Virus record (IMG/VR): IMGVR_UViG_3300009183_000256
Location: 1-30,644 of that record
Source: a virus
Taxonomy: Duplodnaviria; Caudoviricetes
Reading direction: 5' to 3' (one strand)
DNA length: 30,644 bases
The notes beneath the pieces are model-generated. The model did no database searches. It was not told where the DNA came from and was given only the letters and a program-made list of their open reading frames with translations. The translations under genes were made by a program, and so were the position numbers. The first letter of the stretch is position 1, and the number at the start of each line of letters is the position of its first letter. Positions 1 to 6,817 of this stretch are shown here, one piece after another.

Positions 1-59
1 GCATCCCATGCTGCTTTGCGTGCTTCTAATTCTGCCTGTAATTCTTCTAATTTAGTCAT
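1..59 (-). CDS. Ala/Glu-rich array minigene 5 (partial, runs off the window)
   Basis: Hand translation MTKLEELQAELEARKAAWD..., with the same AAAGGAG RBS leader as its paralogs. Confidence 0.8.
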   Translation of the reverse strand, partial: MTKLEELQAELEARKAAWD

Positions 60-83
60 TTTCAATCTCCTTTAATGTTGTTG

Positions 84-254
84 TTACGTTGCTTCGCGTG
101 CTGCTTTCCATGCTTCGTATGCTGCATCCCATGCATCGTTTATTGCCCGTGCTGTATCCCATGCTGCAAATGCCGCTTGGTATGCTTCGCGTGCTGCTTC
201 GTATGCTTCGAATGCTTTCACCGCCGATGCTTCTAATTCTTCTAATTTAGTCAT
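84..254 (-). CDS. Ala/Glu-rich array minigene 4 (56 aa, below the ORF-track cutoff)
   Basis: Hand translation MTKLEELEASAVKAFEAYEAAREAYQAAFAAWDTARAINDAWDAAYEAWKAAREAT*. RBS AAAGGAG upstream. Confidence 0.85.
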   Translation of the reverse strand: MTKLEELEASAVKAFEAYEAAREAYQAAFAAWDTARAINDAWDAAYEAWKAAREAT

Positions 255-275
255 TTTCAATCTCCTTTAATGTTG

Positions 276-611
276 TTACGCTGCTACGCGTGCTTTGTAT
301 GCGGCATATGCTGCTTCGTATGCTTCATCGTATGCTTCATCGTATGCTTTGCATGCTGCTTTCCAATCTGCTTTGCATACTTGGCATGCTTCGCATGCTG
401 CTTCGTATGCTTCGCATGCTGCTTCGATTCCTTCGTTTGTTGGAAAGAGATTTATGTAGCCTGATGCTTCGCGTGCTGCTTCCCACTCTGCTTCGCGTAC
501 TTGGTTTGCTTCGCGTACTGCTTCCTCTGCTGCTTCGTATGCTTCGTGTGCTTCTTCGCGTGCTTCGAATGCTTTAAATGCCGCTGCCTGTAATTCTTTT
601 AATTTAGTCAT
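276..611 (-). CDS. Ala/Glu-rich array minigene 3 (111 aa)
   Basis: Start moved to MTKLKEL at 611 to match the paralogs and RBS spacing. Heptad-like A[YW][EDK]AAxE repeats. Confidence 0.85.
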   Translation of the reverse strand: MTKLKELQAAAFKAFEAREEAHEAYEAAEEAVREANQVREAEWEAAREASGYINLFPTNEGIEAACEAYEAACEACQVCKADWKAACKAYDEAYDEAYEAAYAAYKARVAA

Positions 612-636
612 TTTCAATTCTCCTTTAATGTTGTTG

Positions 637-894
637 TTACGCTGCTATGCGTGCTTTGTATGCGGCGTCTGCTGCTTCCTCTGCTGCTTTGTATGCTTCA
701 AGTGCTGCTTCTTTTTCTGCTTTGATTGCTGCTTCGTATGCTTCGCGTGCTGGTTTCCACTCTGCTTTGCGTACTTGGTATGCTTCGCATGCTGCTACGT
801 ATCCTTTGTATGCTGTTTTCAATGCTTCGTATGCTGTTTCGTGTGCTTCCAATGCTGCTTTGCATGCGGCTTCTAATTCTTTTAATTTAGTCAT
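637..894 (-). CDS. Ala/Glu-rich array minigene 2 (85 aa)
   Basis: MTKLKELEAACKAA start, AAAGGGA RBS, same repeats, ends KARIAA. Confidence 0.85.
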   Translation of the reverse strand: MTKLKELEAACKAALEAHETAYEALKTAYKGYVAACEAYQVRKAEWKPAREAYEAAIKAEKEAALEAYKAAEEAADAAYKARIAA

Positions 895-918
895 TTTGAT
901 TTCCCTTTAATGTTGTTG

Positions 919-1323
919 TTAAGCTGCTATGCGTGCTTCGCGTGCTGCATCCCATGCTTCGTCTGCTCCTTTGTATGCTTTGCGTGCTGCTTTCCATGCT
1001 TTGCGTGCTGCATCCCATGCTTCGTCTGCTGCTTCGTATCCTTCGCCTGATGCATTCCATGCTTCCCATCCTTTCCATGCTTCGCGTGCTGCATCCCATG
1101 CTTCCTCTGCTGCTTCGTATGCTTCGCCTGCTTCTTCGCGTGCTTCGTATGCTGCAAGTGCTGCTTCTGCTACATCGCATGCTTTATATGCCACTTTGTA
1201 TTTTGCGATTGCTGCATCGTATGCTTCTAGGTCTCCTGCTTTGTCATATGCTGTTTTCCATGTTTTGCCTGCTGCTTCCCATGCTGCTTTGCATGCGGCT
1301 TCTAATTCCTTTAATTTAGTCAT
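919..1323 (-). CDS. Ala/Glu-rich array minigene 1 (134 aa)
   Basis: MTKLKELEAACKAA start, AAAGGAG RBS, AWDAARE/AWKAARK repeats, ends EARIAA. Confidence 0.85.
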   Translation of the reverse strand: MTKLKELEAACKAAWEAAGKTWKTAYDKAGDLEAYDAAIAKYKVAYKACDVAEAALAAYEAREEAGEAYEAAEEAWDAAREAWKGWEAWNASGEGYEAADEAWDAARKAWKAARKAYKGADEAWDAAREARIAA

Positions 1324-1420
1324 TTTAATTCTCCTTTAATGTTGTTAACTGTATCTGTTTCTCAGCTGTTTTTACCGTAAAACAATTTCGACTCAGTGCT
1401 ATGCGCTTCGTCTTGATTCC

Positions 1421-1449
1421 AAATTAGCTTTAGTCGCGACCTAAGTCAA
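1421..1449 (-). promoter_or_regulatory. Sigma70-like promoter for the minigene array
   Basis: Minus strand TTGACT-N17-TAATTT about 100 bp upstream of minigene 1. The spacer holds the palindrome GTCGCGAC. Confidence 0.6.
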
Positions 1450-1833
1450 GAGGTGTTTTTTGTTTTTTTAGTTAAACGTTGCAAAATAAACACAGTGAAC
1501 GCCCTAGCCTTGTGTTTTTAGTTATCTGTCCCTGTAAACACGCTATATTTGTTATATTATATATAAACCGTAGCTTTAAACGGATGTAGACTAACAAAAC
1601 AAAATTACACTGCATCAAACACATATATTACCTTTTTTTCACAGCTTGACTACGCGTCCAAGCGAAAAAACACCACATTTCTCAAACATGACGATACACA
1701 CGTGAGTTTTATTGTTAGTGTCAATTGTTATTATATTACCTATAAATTGTACTATTGTTGCAATACGAGGTAATATCTGCAAAGATCTGAAAAAAGGAAA
1801 AAGTTGGGAAAAGTAATTTTAATAAGTACCAAT

Positions 1834-2403
1834 CGCTGTAAGCGTTATTCCATAAGGGTTACAGCGTTTTGATTTTTACTTTTACTTTTTGCAAAATCGC
1901 TTATTATACCTATGTTTTTTTCAAAAGTTATCCACAGGCTCAAACCCAACGTGGAAGCCAAAGTGATTCCTGAAAGTGGCTCTACATAAGGGTTTGAGGC
2001 AGGTGCTTAAAAAATAGGCACATAGCTAAATCGCTGTAACCGTTGTGTAGAGCCAGTTATAAGCATTGTGTGATATTTATGACACAGTAGTGAAATCGCT
2101 TGGAAGTGGCTGTGGGTAAGGGTTTGAAGGGATGTGTGACAAATATGTCACAGTATAAGGGCTGAAAACCGTGTGTAAAGTAGAAAAGTAAAAAAAAAAT
2201 ATATATATATAACCTATATATAATGGCTTAAGGCTATATCGCTTACTTTTCACATACTTTCCACACTTGTCACAAAAAAAAATACAGATTGGCTCAATTT
2301 GGCGTGTTTCACGGCTCGGGACTTTTCACATTTTGTTTTTGATGCTAACTATCTGCTAACTTTTAGCATCACTAAAAACTAAATATGGCTCTACGCAACG
2401 ATT
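1834..2403. repeat. Dispersed TGGCT-N7-NSGRTT motif family plus short palindromes
   Basis: Copies at 1943-1960(-), 1977-1994(+), 2038-2055(-), 2107-2124(+) and 2386-2403(+), a degenerate copy inside palindrome 1834-1866, and one more at 4374-4391. Confidence 0.7.
1928..1936 (+). promoter_or_regulatory. Perfect DnaA box
   Basis: TTATCCACA in the long non-coding region. A single copy could be chance. Confidence 0.4.
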
Positions 2404-2498
2404 GCAAGCTATAGAATGTTGCATTAGTAAGGCAACGGTCAACAAAAGTATGGAACAAACTTAAAACTACCAACTCTCGAGGCAACCCGTTGAATTAA

Positions 2499-2526
2499 CA
2501 AAAACCCTTCATTTAAGCGATTCTAG
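2499..2526 (+). repeat. 28-bp direct repeat, copy 1
   Basis: CAAAAACCCTTCATTTAAGCGATTCTAG, identical to 4093-4120. Confidence 0.95.
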
Positions 2527-2614
2527 AGGCGTTGTATGTTTTGTGCTATATGACTAGCTTATAGCCCTCGTATTGTGGCACTGGTGAGCTTCTACGAGGG
2601 GTTTTTGTAGCCGT

Positions 2615-3193
2615 CTAGATTAGGTTGACTATTTTTTGTTTAGCTTCACTGTTTCCTTCGATGTAACTTTGGGTCATGCTAAGCGAACTATGACCAGCTA
2701 GCTGTTGCACATCGCGCAATGATCCACCTGCTTCAACACATCGTTTAGCCGCGTTGGTAACAAAAGTCCTTCGGCCAGAGTGACTGCTACAGCCGTCTAA
2801 GCGTAGGGTTTTAAACACATCAGCAAACCAATCGCTCAAAGCACGGGGATAGAAATTTGAAGCTCTTTGGCTAAAAATAATATTTTGATCTGGCCTAGGC
2901 TGGCGTTCTTGCCACAGGTCAACCAGTGCTTGCTTGAGTTCAGCGTTGAGAGGTATGGTGCGCCCTGATTTACCTTTGGTGGCACTGTCTGGCATTTGCA
3001 GGCAGTCTGAGACTTCGCCTGATGCATTGGTGACCATCGACCAGGTAACAGATGCTATTTCTTTGGCTCTCAGCCCTGCTTTGAGCGATAGTAGCACTAT
3101 CACCCTGTTACGTTTGGGGTATTGCTTCTTAGCGACCACGTCTAGCACTTGGCTAATCTCTCGTGGCGTTAAAATCTTTGCTTGCTTAGTCAT
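2615..3193 (-). CDS. Tyrosine recombinase, catalytic domain only (192 aa)
   Basis: GLRAKEI (R), TKGK (K), HSGRR (HxxR), LAGH...TQSY (H, Y). AGGAG RBS. No N-terminal arm- or core-binding domain. Confidence 0.92.
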   Translation of the reverse strand: MTKQAKILTPREISQVLDVVAKKQYPKRNRVIVLLSLKAGLRAKEIASVTWSMVTNASGEVSDCLQMPDSATKGKSGRTIPLNAELKQALVDLWQERQPRPDQNIIFSQRASNFYPRALSDWFADVFKTLRLDGCSSHSGRRTFVTNAAKRCVEAGGSLRDVQQLAGHSSLSMTQSYIEGNSEAKQKIVNLI

Positions 3194-3227
3194 CGTATTC
3201 TCCTGATTAAATATTAATTACAGTTAA

Positions 3228-3256
3228 TATATACATTAGTTTCCACTCGGTGTCAA
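3228..3256 (-). promoter_or_regulatory. Putative sigma70 promoter of the recombinase
   Basis: Minus strand TTGACA-N17-TATATA, about 35 bp upstream of the start codon. Confidence 0.45.
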
Positions 3257-3329
3257 TACGTCACCGACTGAGAGTGGCTCTGTGCCTAGGCTGCTGTATT
3301 AACTGTAGTTAGTAGTGGAGTTTTAATCG

Positions 3330-3486
3330 TTACCCAGTATTATTGTTTTATTGCTCTTCTTGGGTTTTTATAGCTAATTATAATAATTACCCAGTGTTAT
3401 TGTTTTATTGCTCTTCTTGGGTTTTTATAGCTAATTATAATAATTACCCAGTGTTATTGTTTTATTGCCCTCCTTGGGGTTTTTAT
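3330..3486. repeat. 57-bp AT-rich tandem repeat, about 2.7 copies
   Basis: Unit TTACCCAGTRTTATTGTTTTATTGCTCTTCTTGGGTTTTTATAGCTAATTATAATAA starts at 3330, 3387 and 3444. Confidence 0.95.
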
Positions 3487-3490
3487 TGCT

Positions 3491-3545
3491 TGGGGGGTAG
3501 GGGGGTGGGGTACCATCCACCCGCCCCCAGCCTATACGTATAGGC
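3491..3545. other. G-tract/C-tract hairpin followed by a perfect 16-bp palindrome
   Basis: TGGGGGGTAGGGGGGTGGGGTACCATCCACCCGCCCCCA, then GCCTATACGTATAGGC at 3530-3545. Confidence 0.7.
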
Positions 3546-3580
3546 ATACTACTCTCACCCACAATTCCCGGTGGAAATTT

Positions 3581-3610
3581 TTGATTTAGTTTTTTGATTT
3601 AGGCTATAAT
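3581..3610 (+). promoter_or_regulatory. Putative sigma70 promoter
   Basis: TTGATT-N18-TATAAT upstream of the 3645 ORF. Confidence 0.5.
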
Positions 3611-3644
3611 CCAAGAAAATCACACATGACGCTTAAGGATTTTC

Positions 3645-3869
3645 ATGAAAACCCCAGTTAACAGCAATGGAAACGTAATTAAATTTCCAGAAACTAGCAA
3701 GTTGACTAAGGAAATTATGCAAGATTTGTTAGATCTCCTTGGTGCTGAGGGCATAGTTGTGGCTGTGTTCAAAAAAAACGGGGTTGAAGTTGGCACGCTG
3801 GGTTTGAGCGAAGAGCAGCTAGCAGAACTTGAAGCTCAAGTACTGGCAAACCTTGAACCACAGGAATAG
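3645..3869 (+). CDS. Hypothetical protein (74 aa)
   Basis: AAGGA RBS, upstream promoter, NVIKFP motif common in small phage proteins. Confidence 0.7.
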   Translation: MKTPVNSNGNVIKFPETSKLTKEIMQDLLDLLGAEGIVVAVFKKNGVEVGTLGLSEEQLAELEAQVLANLEPQE

Positions 3870-3872
3870 CTT

Positions 3873-4067
3873 ATGGATTTAAAATTGCTGTCGCTAAAAA
3901 TTTTGCTAATTGGTTTATTGATGTGTGCTGTAGGTTTTCTTTTTTCGTTAGATTTTTTCAACGATTTTGTTGAGTTTGTTAAAGCGAACACATGGCCTTT
4001 TTCGTTGGTTTTGTTGTTGGTGTTGGCGCAGTCTGCAATCATTAAATGGATCTTCAAACTAGATTAA
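3873..4067 (+). CDS. Small two-TM membrane protein (holin-like topology, function unproven)
   Basis: 64 aa with two hydrophobic segments, 3 bp after the previous stop. Confidence 0.6.
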   Translation: MDLKLLSLKILLIGLLMCAVGFLFSLDFFNDFVEFVKANTWPFSLVLLLVLAQSAIIKWIFKLD

Positions 4068-4092
4068 TTTGATTTCACCCTTTACAGCGTAT

Positions 4093-4120
4093 CAAAAACC
4101 CTTCATTTAAGCGATTCTAG
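4093..4120 (+). repeat. 28-bp direct repeat, copy 2
   Basis: Identical to 2499-2526. Confidence 0.95.
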
Positions 4121-4399
4121 CGATTTCATGGCCTTACCTACTACGATACGACCAGAGAGCTATCTAAACCAGTCAGCGTGGCTTAAAACGAAGATTTTAA
4201 AATGCTTAGCAACATCACCCCGTAATTGTGAATTCGGTGTGTGTGTCAGAGTGTTTTTTTCTGGTGCAAGGTTGAGTGGTACCTAAAAACTTTTTCTTAA
4301 GCTAAAAAATTTTAGTCGCGCATGCGCGTATCTTTCTTTTTAAATATTTTAAGTATTTTACGCGCCTTGGAACTGGCTGTGGCTGCGGGTTCTGGCTTC

Positions 4400-4477
4400 T
4401 AACGGCTACATTTACCCTGTTAACGGCTACATTTACCCTGTTAACGGCTACATTTACCCTGTTAACGGCTACTTTAC
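4400..4477 (+). repeat. Iterons of the plasmid replication origin (21-bp unit, 3 full + 1 partial)
   Basis: TAACGGCTACATTTACCCTGT at 4400, 4421 and 4442, partial at 4463. Directly upstream of rep, with AT-rich DNA at about 4330-4360. Confidence 0.92.
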
Positions 4478-4530
4478 AAACAATGTAACTTTATCTATCT
4501 TCATCCCATAAACCTTGTTAAAAAATTTGT

Positions 4531-5511
4531 ATGTCTAAGACAGTTGATCAAGATGGATTTGTGGTAAAAAGCAACCATTTAGTCGAAGCACGATATCGTT
4601 TAAGCCTTCAAGAATCGCATGTAATTTTGTGGTTGTTGACGCAGATCAGGCCTGATGATGAAGATTTTAAAATACATGAATTAAAAATATCTGAATTTGC
4701 TAAAATGGCTGGTCTTGAAGTTGACAGCCAATACAAGGAATTACGCAAGGTTACATTGCATTTAATGAAACGAATTCTCGAAATCAAAGAAATCAACTTG
4801 AAAAATAAAAAAACAACTCTTCAGGTTGCTTGGCTTAGTTCAGCAGAGTATCATCATGGTGAAGGCTATGTTTCCTTGTGCTTCGATCCCAAATTAAAAC
4901 CATACTTATTACAACTAAAAACCCAGTTTACCAAGATTGGGATTTCAGACGCGATGGGGTTTGACAGCGTACATGCGTTAAGAATACATGAGCTTTTGGT
5001 GCAGTATGAGTCGATTGGTCATCGCACAATGTCTGTTGCTGAGATACGAGATTATTGCGGAATTGAGAAGGATGAATACACGGAATATAAGAACCTAAAA
5101 TCACGAGTAATCAACCGCGCCAAGACTGAGATCAACGCTAAAACGGACTATGACGTTGACTTTACGGAAATCAAAAAATCCAGAAAGGTTGACAAAATCA
5201 ACTGGACGATTGGTAAGAAAAAATCAGAAGAAGTTGTAACTAAACCTAAGACAAAGAAGCAACCTGGCTTAGTACCAATAGCATATGAGTCGTGTGTGGT
5301 GCCAGAGATTGTGGTATTTTGTAAGGCAAACGAGACTGTATTGGAGCGTGATAAGATAGATTACTTACTCAATGTTAATGATTTCAATCTAAACAACGAA
5401 AGATTACAGCTTGGTTTCACCTGTGATTTTTTCCGTAACAGGTGTGATATTGCTGCAGTGACTGACTTACTGGTGGTATTTTTCGAAACTAAACGTGTGG
5501 ATTATGTATAG
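4531..5511 (+). CDS. repB: Plasmid replication initiator, Rep_3 (RepB/RepE-like) family
   Basis: VVKSNHLVEARYRLSLQE N-terminus, WLSSAEY, LKPYLLQLK-QFT, ALRIHELL and EINAKTD are typical Rep_3 motifs. Adjacent iterons. Confidence 0.93.
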   Translation: MSKTVDQDGFVVKSNHLVEARYRLSLQESHVILWLLTQIRPDDEDFKIHELKISEFAKMAGLEVDSQYKELRKVTLHLMKRILEIKEINLKNKKTTLQVAWLSSAEYHHGEGYVSLCFDPKLKPYLLQLKTQFTKIGISDAMGFDSVHALRIHELLVQYESIGHRTMSVAEIRDYCGIEKDEYTEYKNLKSRVINRAKTEINAKTDYDVDFTEIKKSRKVDKINWTIGKKKSEEVVTKPKTKKQPGLVPIAYESCVVPEIVVFCKANETVLERDKIDYLLNVNDFNLNNERLQLGFTCDFFRNRCDIAAVTDLLVVFFETKRVDYV

Positions 5512-5528
5512 TTTTTTTAAATCTGGGA

Positions 5529-5557
5529 TTGACAAGAAGCTAAAAATTTCTTATCTT
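5529..5557 (+). promoter_or_regulatory. Near-consensus sigma70 promoter
   Basis: TTGACA-N17-TATCTT just after the rep stop codon. Confidence 0.7.
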
Positions 5558-5562
5558 AATCA

Positions 5563-5627
5563 CAGAGTTTGTGCGACTCAATGTTTTAAGGGGATTTTCT
5601 TAAGTGAAAGTCCCTTTAATCTTTTTT
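5563..5627 (+). ncRNA. Candidate ~65-nt small RNA
   Basis: Bounded by the promoter at 5529-5557 and the terminator at 5586-5627, with no convincing ORF. Confidence 0.45.
5586..5627 (+). terminator. Intrinsic terminator
   Basis: Stem TTAAGGGGATTTTC / GAAAGTCCCTTTAA with a 6-nt loop, followed by TCTTTTTT. Confidence 0.7.
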
Positions 5628-5939
5628 AGATATAGTCTTCACAACAGATTTTTGCAATAGCACAGCCAAAATTTGCAAAAATATATGATTTTTCACTGTT
5701 GAAAATTAAATAGAAAAGTTTTACTCATATTTCTAATGGAATAAGATTTATGGATTTAACCATTATGGCTTTTCAAAAACAACACCATAAGAATTCAAAA
5801 AAACGTCCAAAACTCGACCCTTTCAGAATCAAAATATCTTTTTCAATAGCGTTTGCGGTGCTTATAGCCTGTTGTGCATTTGAAAATGCAAACGATCTTT
5901 CTAAAGTCAGTCGACAAACTTTCTTTAAAAAGAGATCTA

Positions 5940-6518
5940 CTAGCCGTAGCCACGCTTCAACCAACCCCTTAAGAAGATAGAATCTTTTGGATGAATAGTT
6001 GAAAGCGTTCGGTAATAGCCAGCGGCTTCGGACTTTAGAGCAGCCAGTAGGTCTGTGGGATCAGCTTGATTGATTGCCGTGATGTTTTGGGCGTCAAGGA
6101 TGCCGTTTTCGATGACTGTTACACCAGTAGATTTTAGTGCGCGTTGTAGCAATCGATTAGCCCATTTAGCACCAACGTTAACGCTGAGATCGAACACTTT
6201 TGCGGCCAAATGAACCTCTTGAATTTTTTCGTAGAGGTTGGCCTCCCAAAAATCACGTTTGTAGATTTCTTTCGCTTGGTCAATGGTAAGATTTTTGATG
6301 TCAAGATGTGGATAGCTTGCTTGGCTAATGCCGAACTTAGTAATGCCACCTGAATCATATTGGTTGACACTCAAACCACCTTCGTTTGCTAGCACGATAC
6401 TAACGGCATATTCAAATTTTTGAGCATTGTTTTCTGGTGGTGTTGCCGTATTTTGATCTGACAGATTTTTGCAACCTGCACAAAAAACAGACAAAAAAAC
6501 AACAAATAATTTTTTCAT
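5940..6518 (-). CDS. GH108 family muramidase with C-terminal peptidoglycan-binding domain and a lipoprotein-type signal peptide
   Basis: EGG...D-GG-TKFGI catalytic motif, FDLSVNVG, LLQRAL, FLRGWLKR. N-terminus MKKLFVVFLSVFCAGC. Confidence 0.92.
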   Translation of the reverse strand: MKKLFVVFLSVFCAGCKNLSDQNTATPPENNAQKFEYAVSIVLANEGGLSVNQYDSGGITKFGISQASYPHLDIKNLTIDQAKEIYKRDFWEANLYEKIQEVHLAAKVFDLSVNVGAKWANRLLQRALKSTGVTVIENGILDAQNITAINQADPTDLLAALKSEAAGYYRTLSTIHPKDSIFLRGWLKRGYG

Positions 6519-6563
6519 GACTACATAACTACATGACTACATGTAATCATGACTACATAAATA
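6516..6563. repeat. 8-bp-period array of CATGACTA-like units
   Basis: CATGACTA CATAACTA CATGACTA CATGTAAT CATGACTA CATAAATA. Confidence 0.85.
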
Positions 6564-6610
6564 GATGAACACAGCCATGCAAAAAAGTAGGAAAAATTGA
6601 TTGCTAGACA

Positions 6611-6817
6611 TCATTTAGACCAGGTTCTCTTGATAGTATATTCTTTTTTGTAGGTGTAATCGGGTGGAAAAACACACGGTGCCCATGGTGATGGATTGCA
6701 CCCGTATTCTACACCGGTTTCAGTTTCTTCAAAAATTTGAAGATTTTCTTTTCCTTCGCAAGTATGCATTATGGGTTCATCCTTACGTTCACAGTTGCAT
6801 GCACAGTCTTTTTTCAT
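6611..6817 (-). CDS. Small Cys-rich hypothetical protein (68 aa)
   Basis: ATGA overlap with the upstream 396-aa gene suggests translational coupling. Confidence 0.6.
   Translation of the reverse strand: MKKDCACNCERKDEPIMHTCEGKENLQIFEETETGVEYGCNPSPWAPCVFPPDYTYKKEYTIKRTWSK

Larger units (their letters stand above)
33..1347 (-). repeat. Five copies of a ~50-bp cassette-junction repeat, approximately TAA(CAA)CAACATTAAAGGAGA(A)TTGAAA-ATGACTAAATTARAAGAATTASARGC
   Basis: Copies at about 33-86, 228-278, 585-639, 868-921 and 1297-1347, separated by variable coding sequence. Confidence 0.95.

Noticed and set aside
1-1323. Diversity-generating retroelement or R-body (Reb) genes
   Set aside because: No reverse transcriptase in the window, variation is not adenine-specific, and the peptides do not resemble Reb sequences as I recall them.
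270-1339. Cys-rich, Met/Leu/Arg-rich and Ser/His-rich ORFs in other frames of the array
   Set aside because: Shadows of GCA-rich repeats. Only the MTKL frames have an RBS and conserved starts and stops.
33-1347. CRISPR array or integron cassette array
   Set aside because: Intervening parts are 140-380 bp, coding and mutually similar. No cas genes, no attC-like palindromes, and the recombinase is too short for IntI.
3343-3543. 66-aa ORF over the 57-bp repeats
   Set aside because: TTG start without an RBS. Open frame is explained by a repeat length divisible by three.
3530-3545. Protelomerase telRL site
   Set aside because: The palindrome is only 16 bp and no protelomerase gene is visible. 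Kept only as an unexplained site.
5750-5980. Overlapping 76-aa (+) and 63-aa (-) ORFs after the lysozyme
   Set aside because: Mutually antisense, both overlap the lysozyme end and lack recognisable motifs. Cannot choose either.
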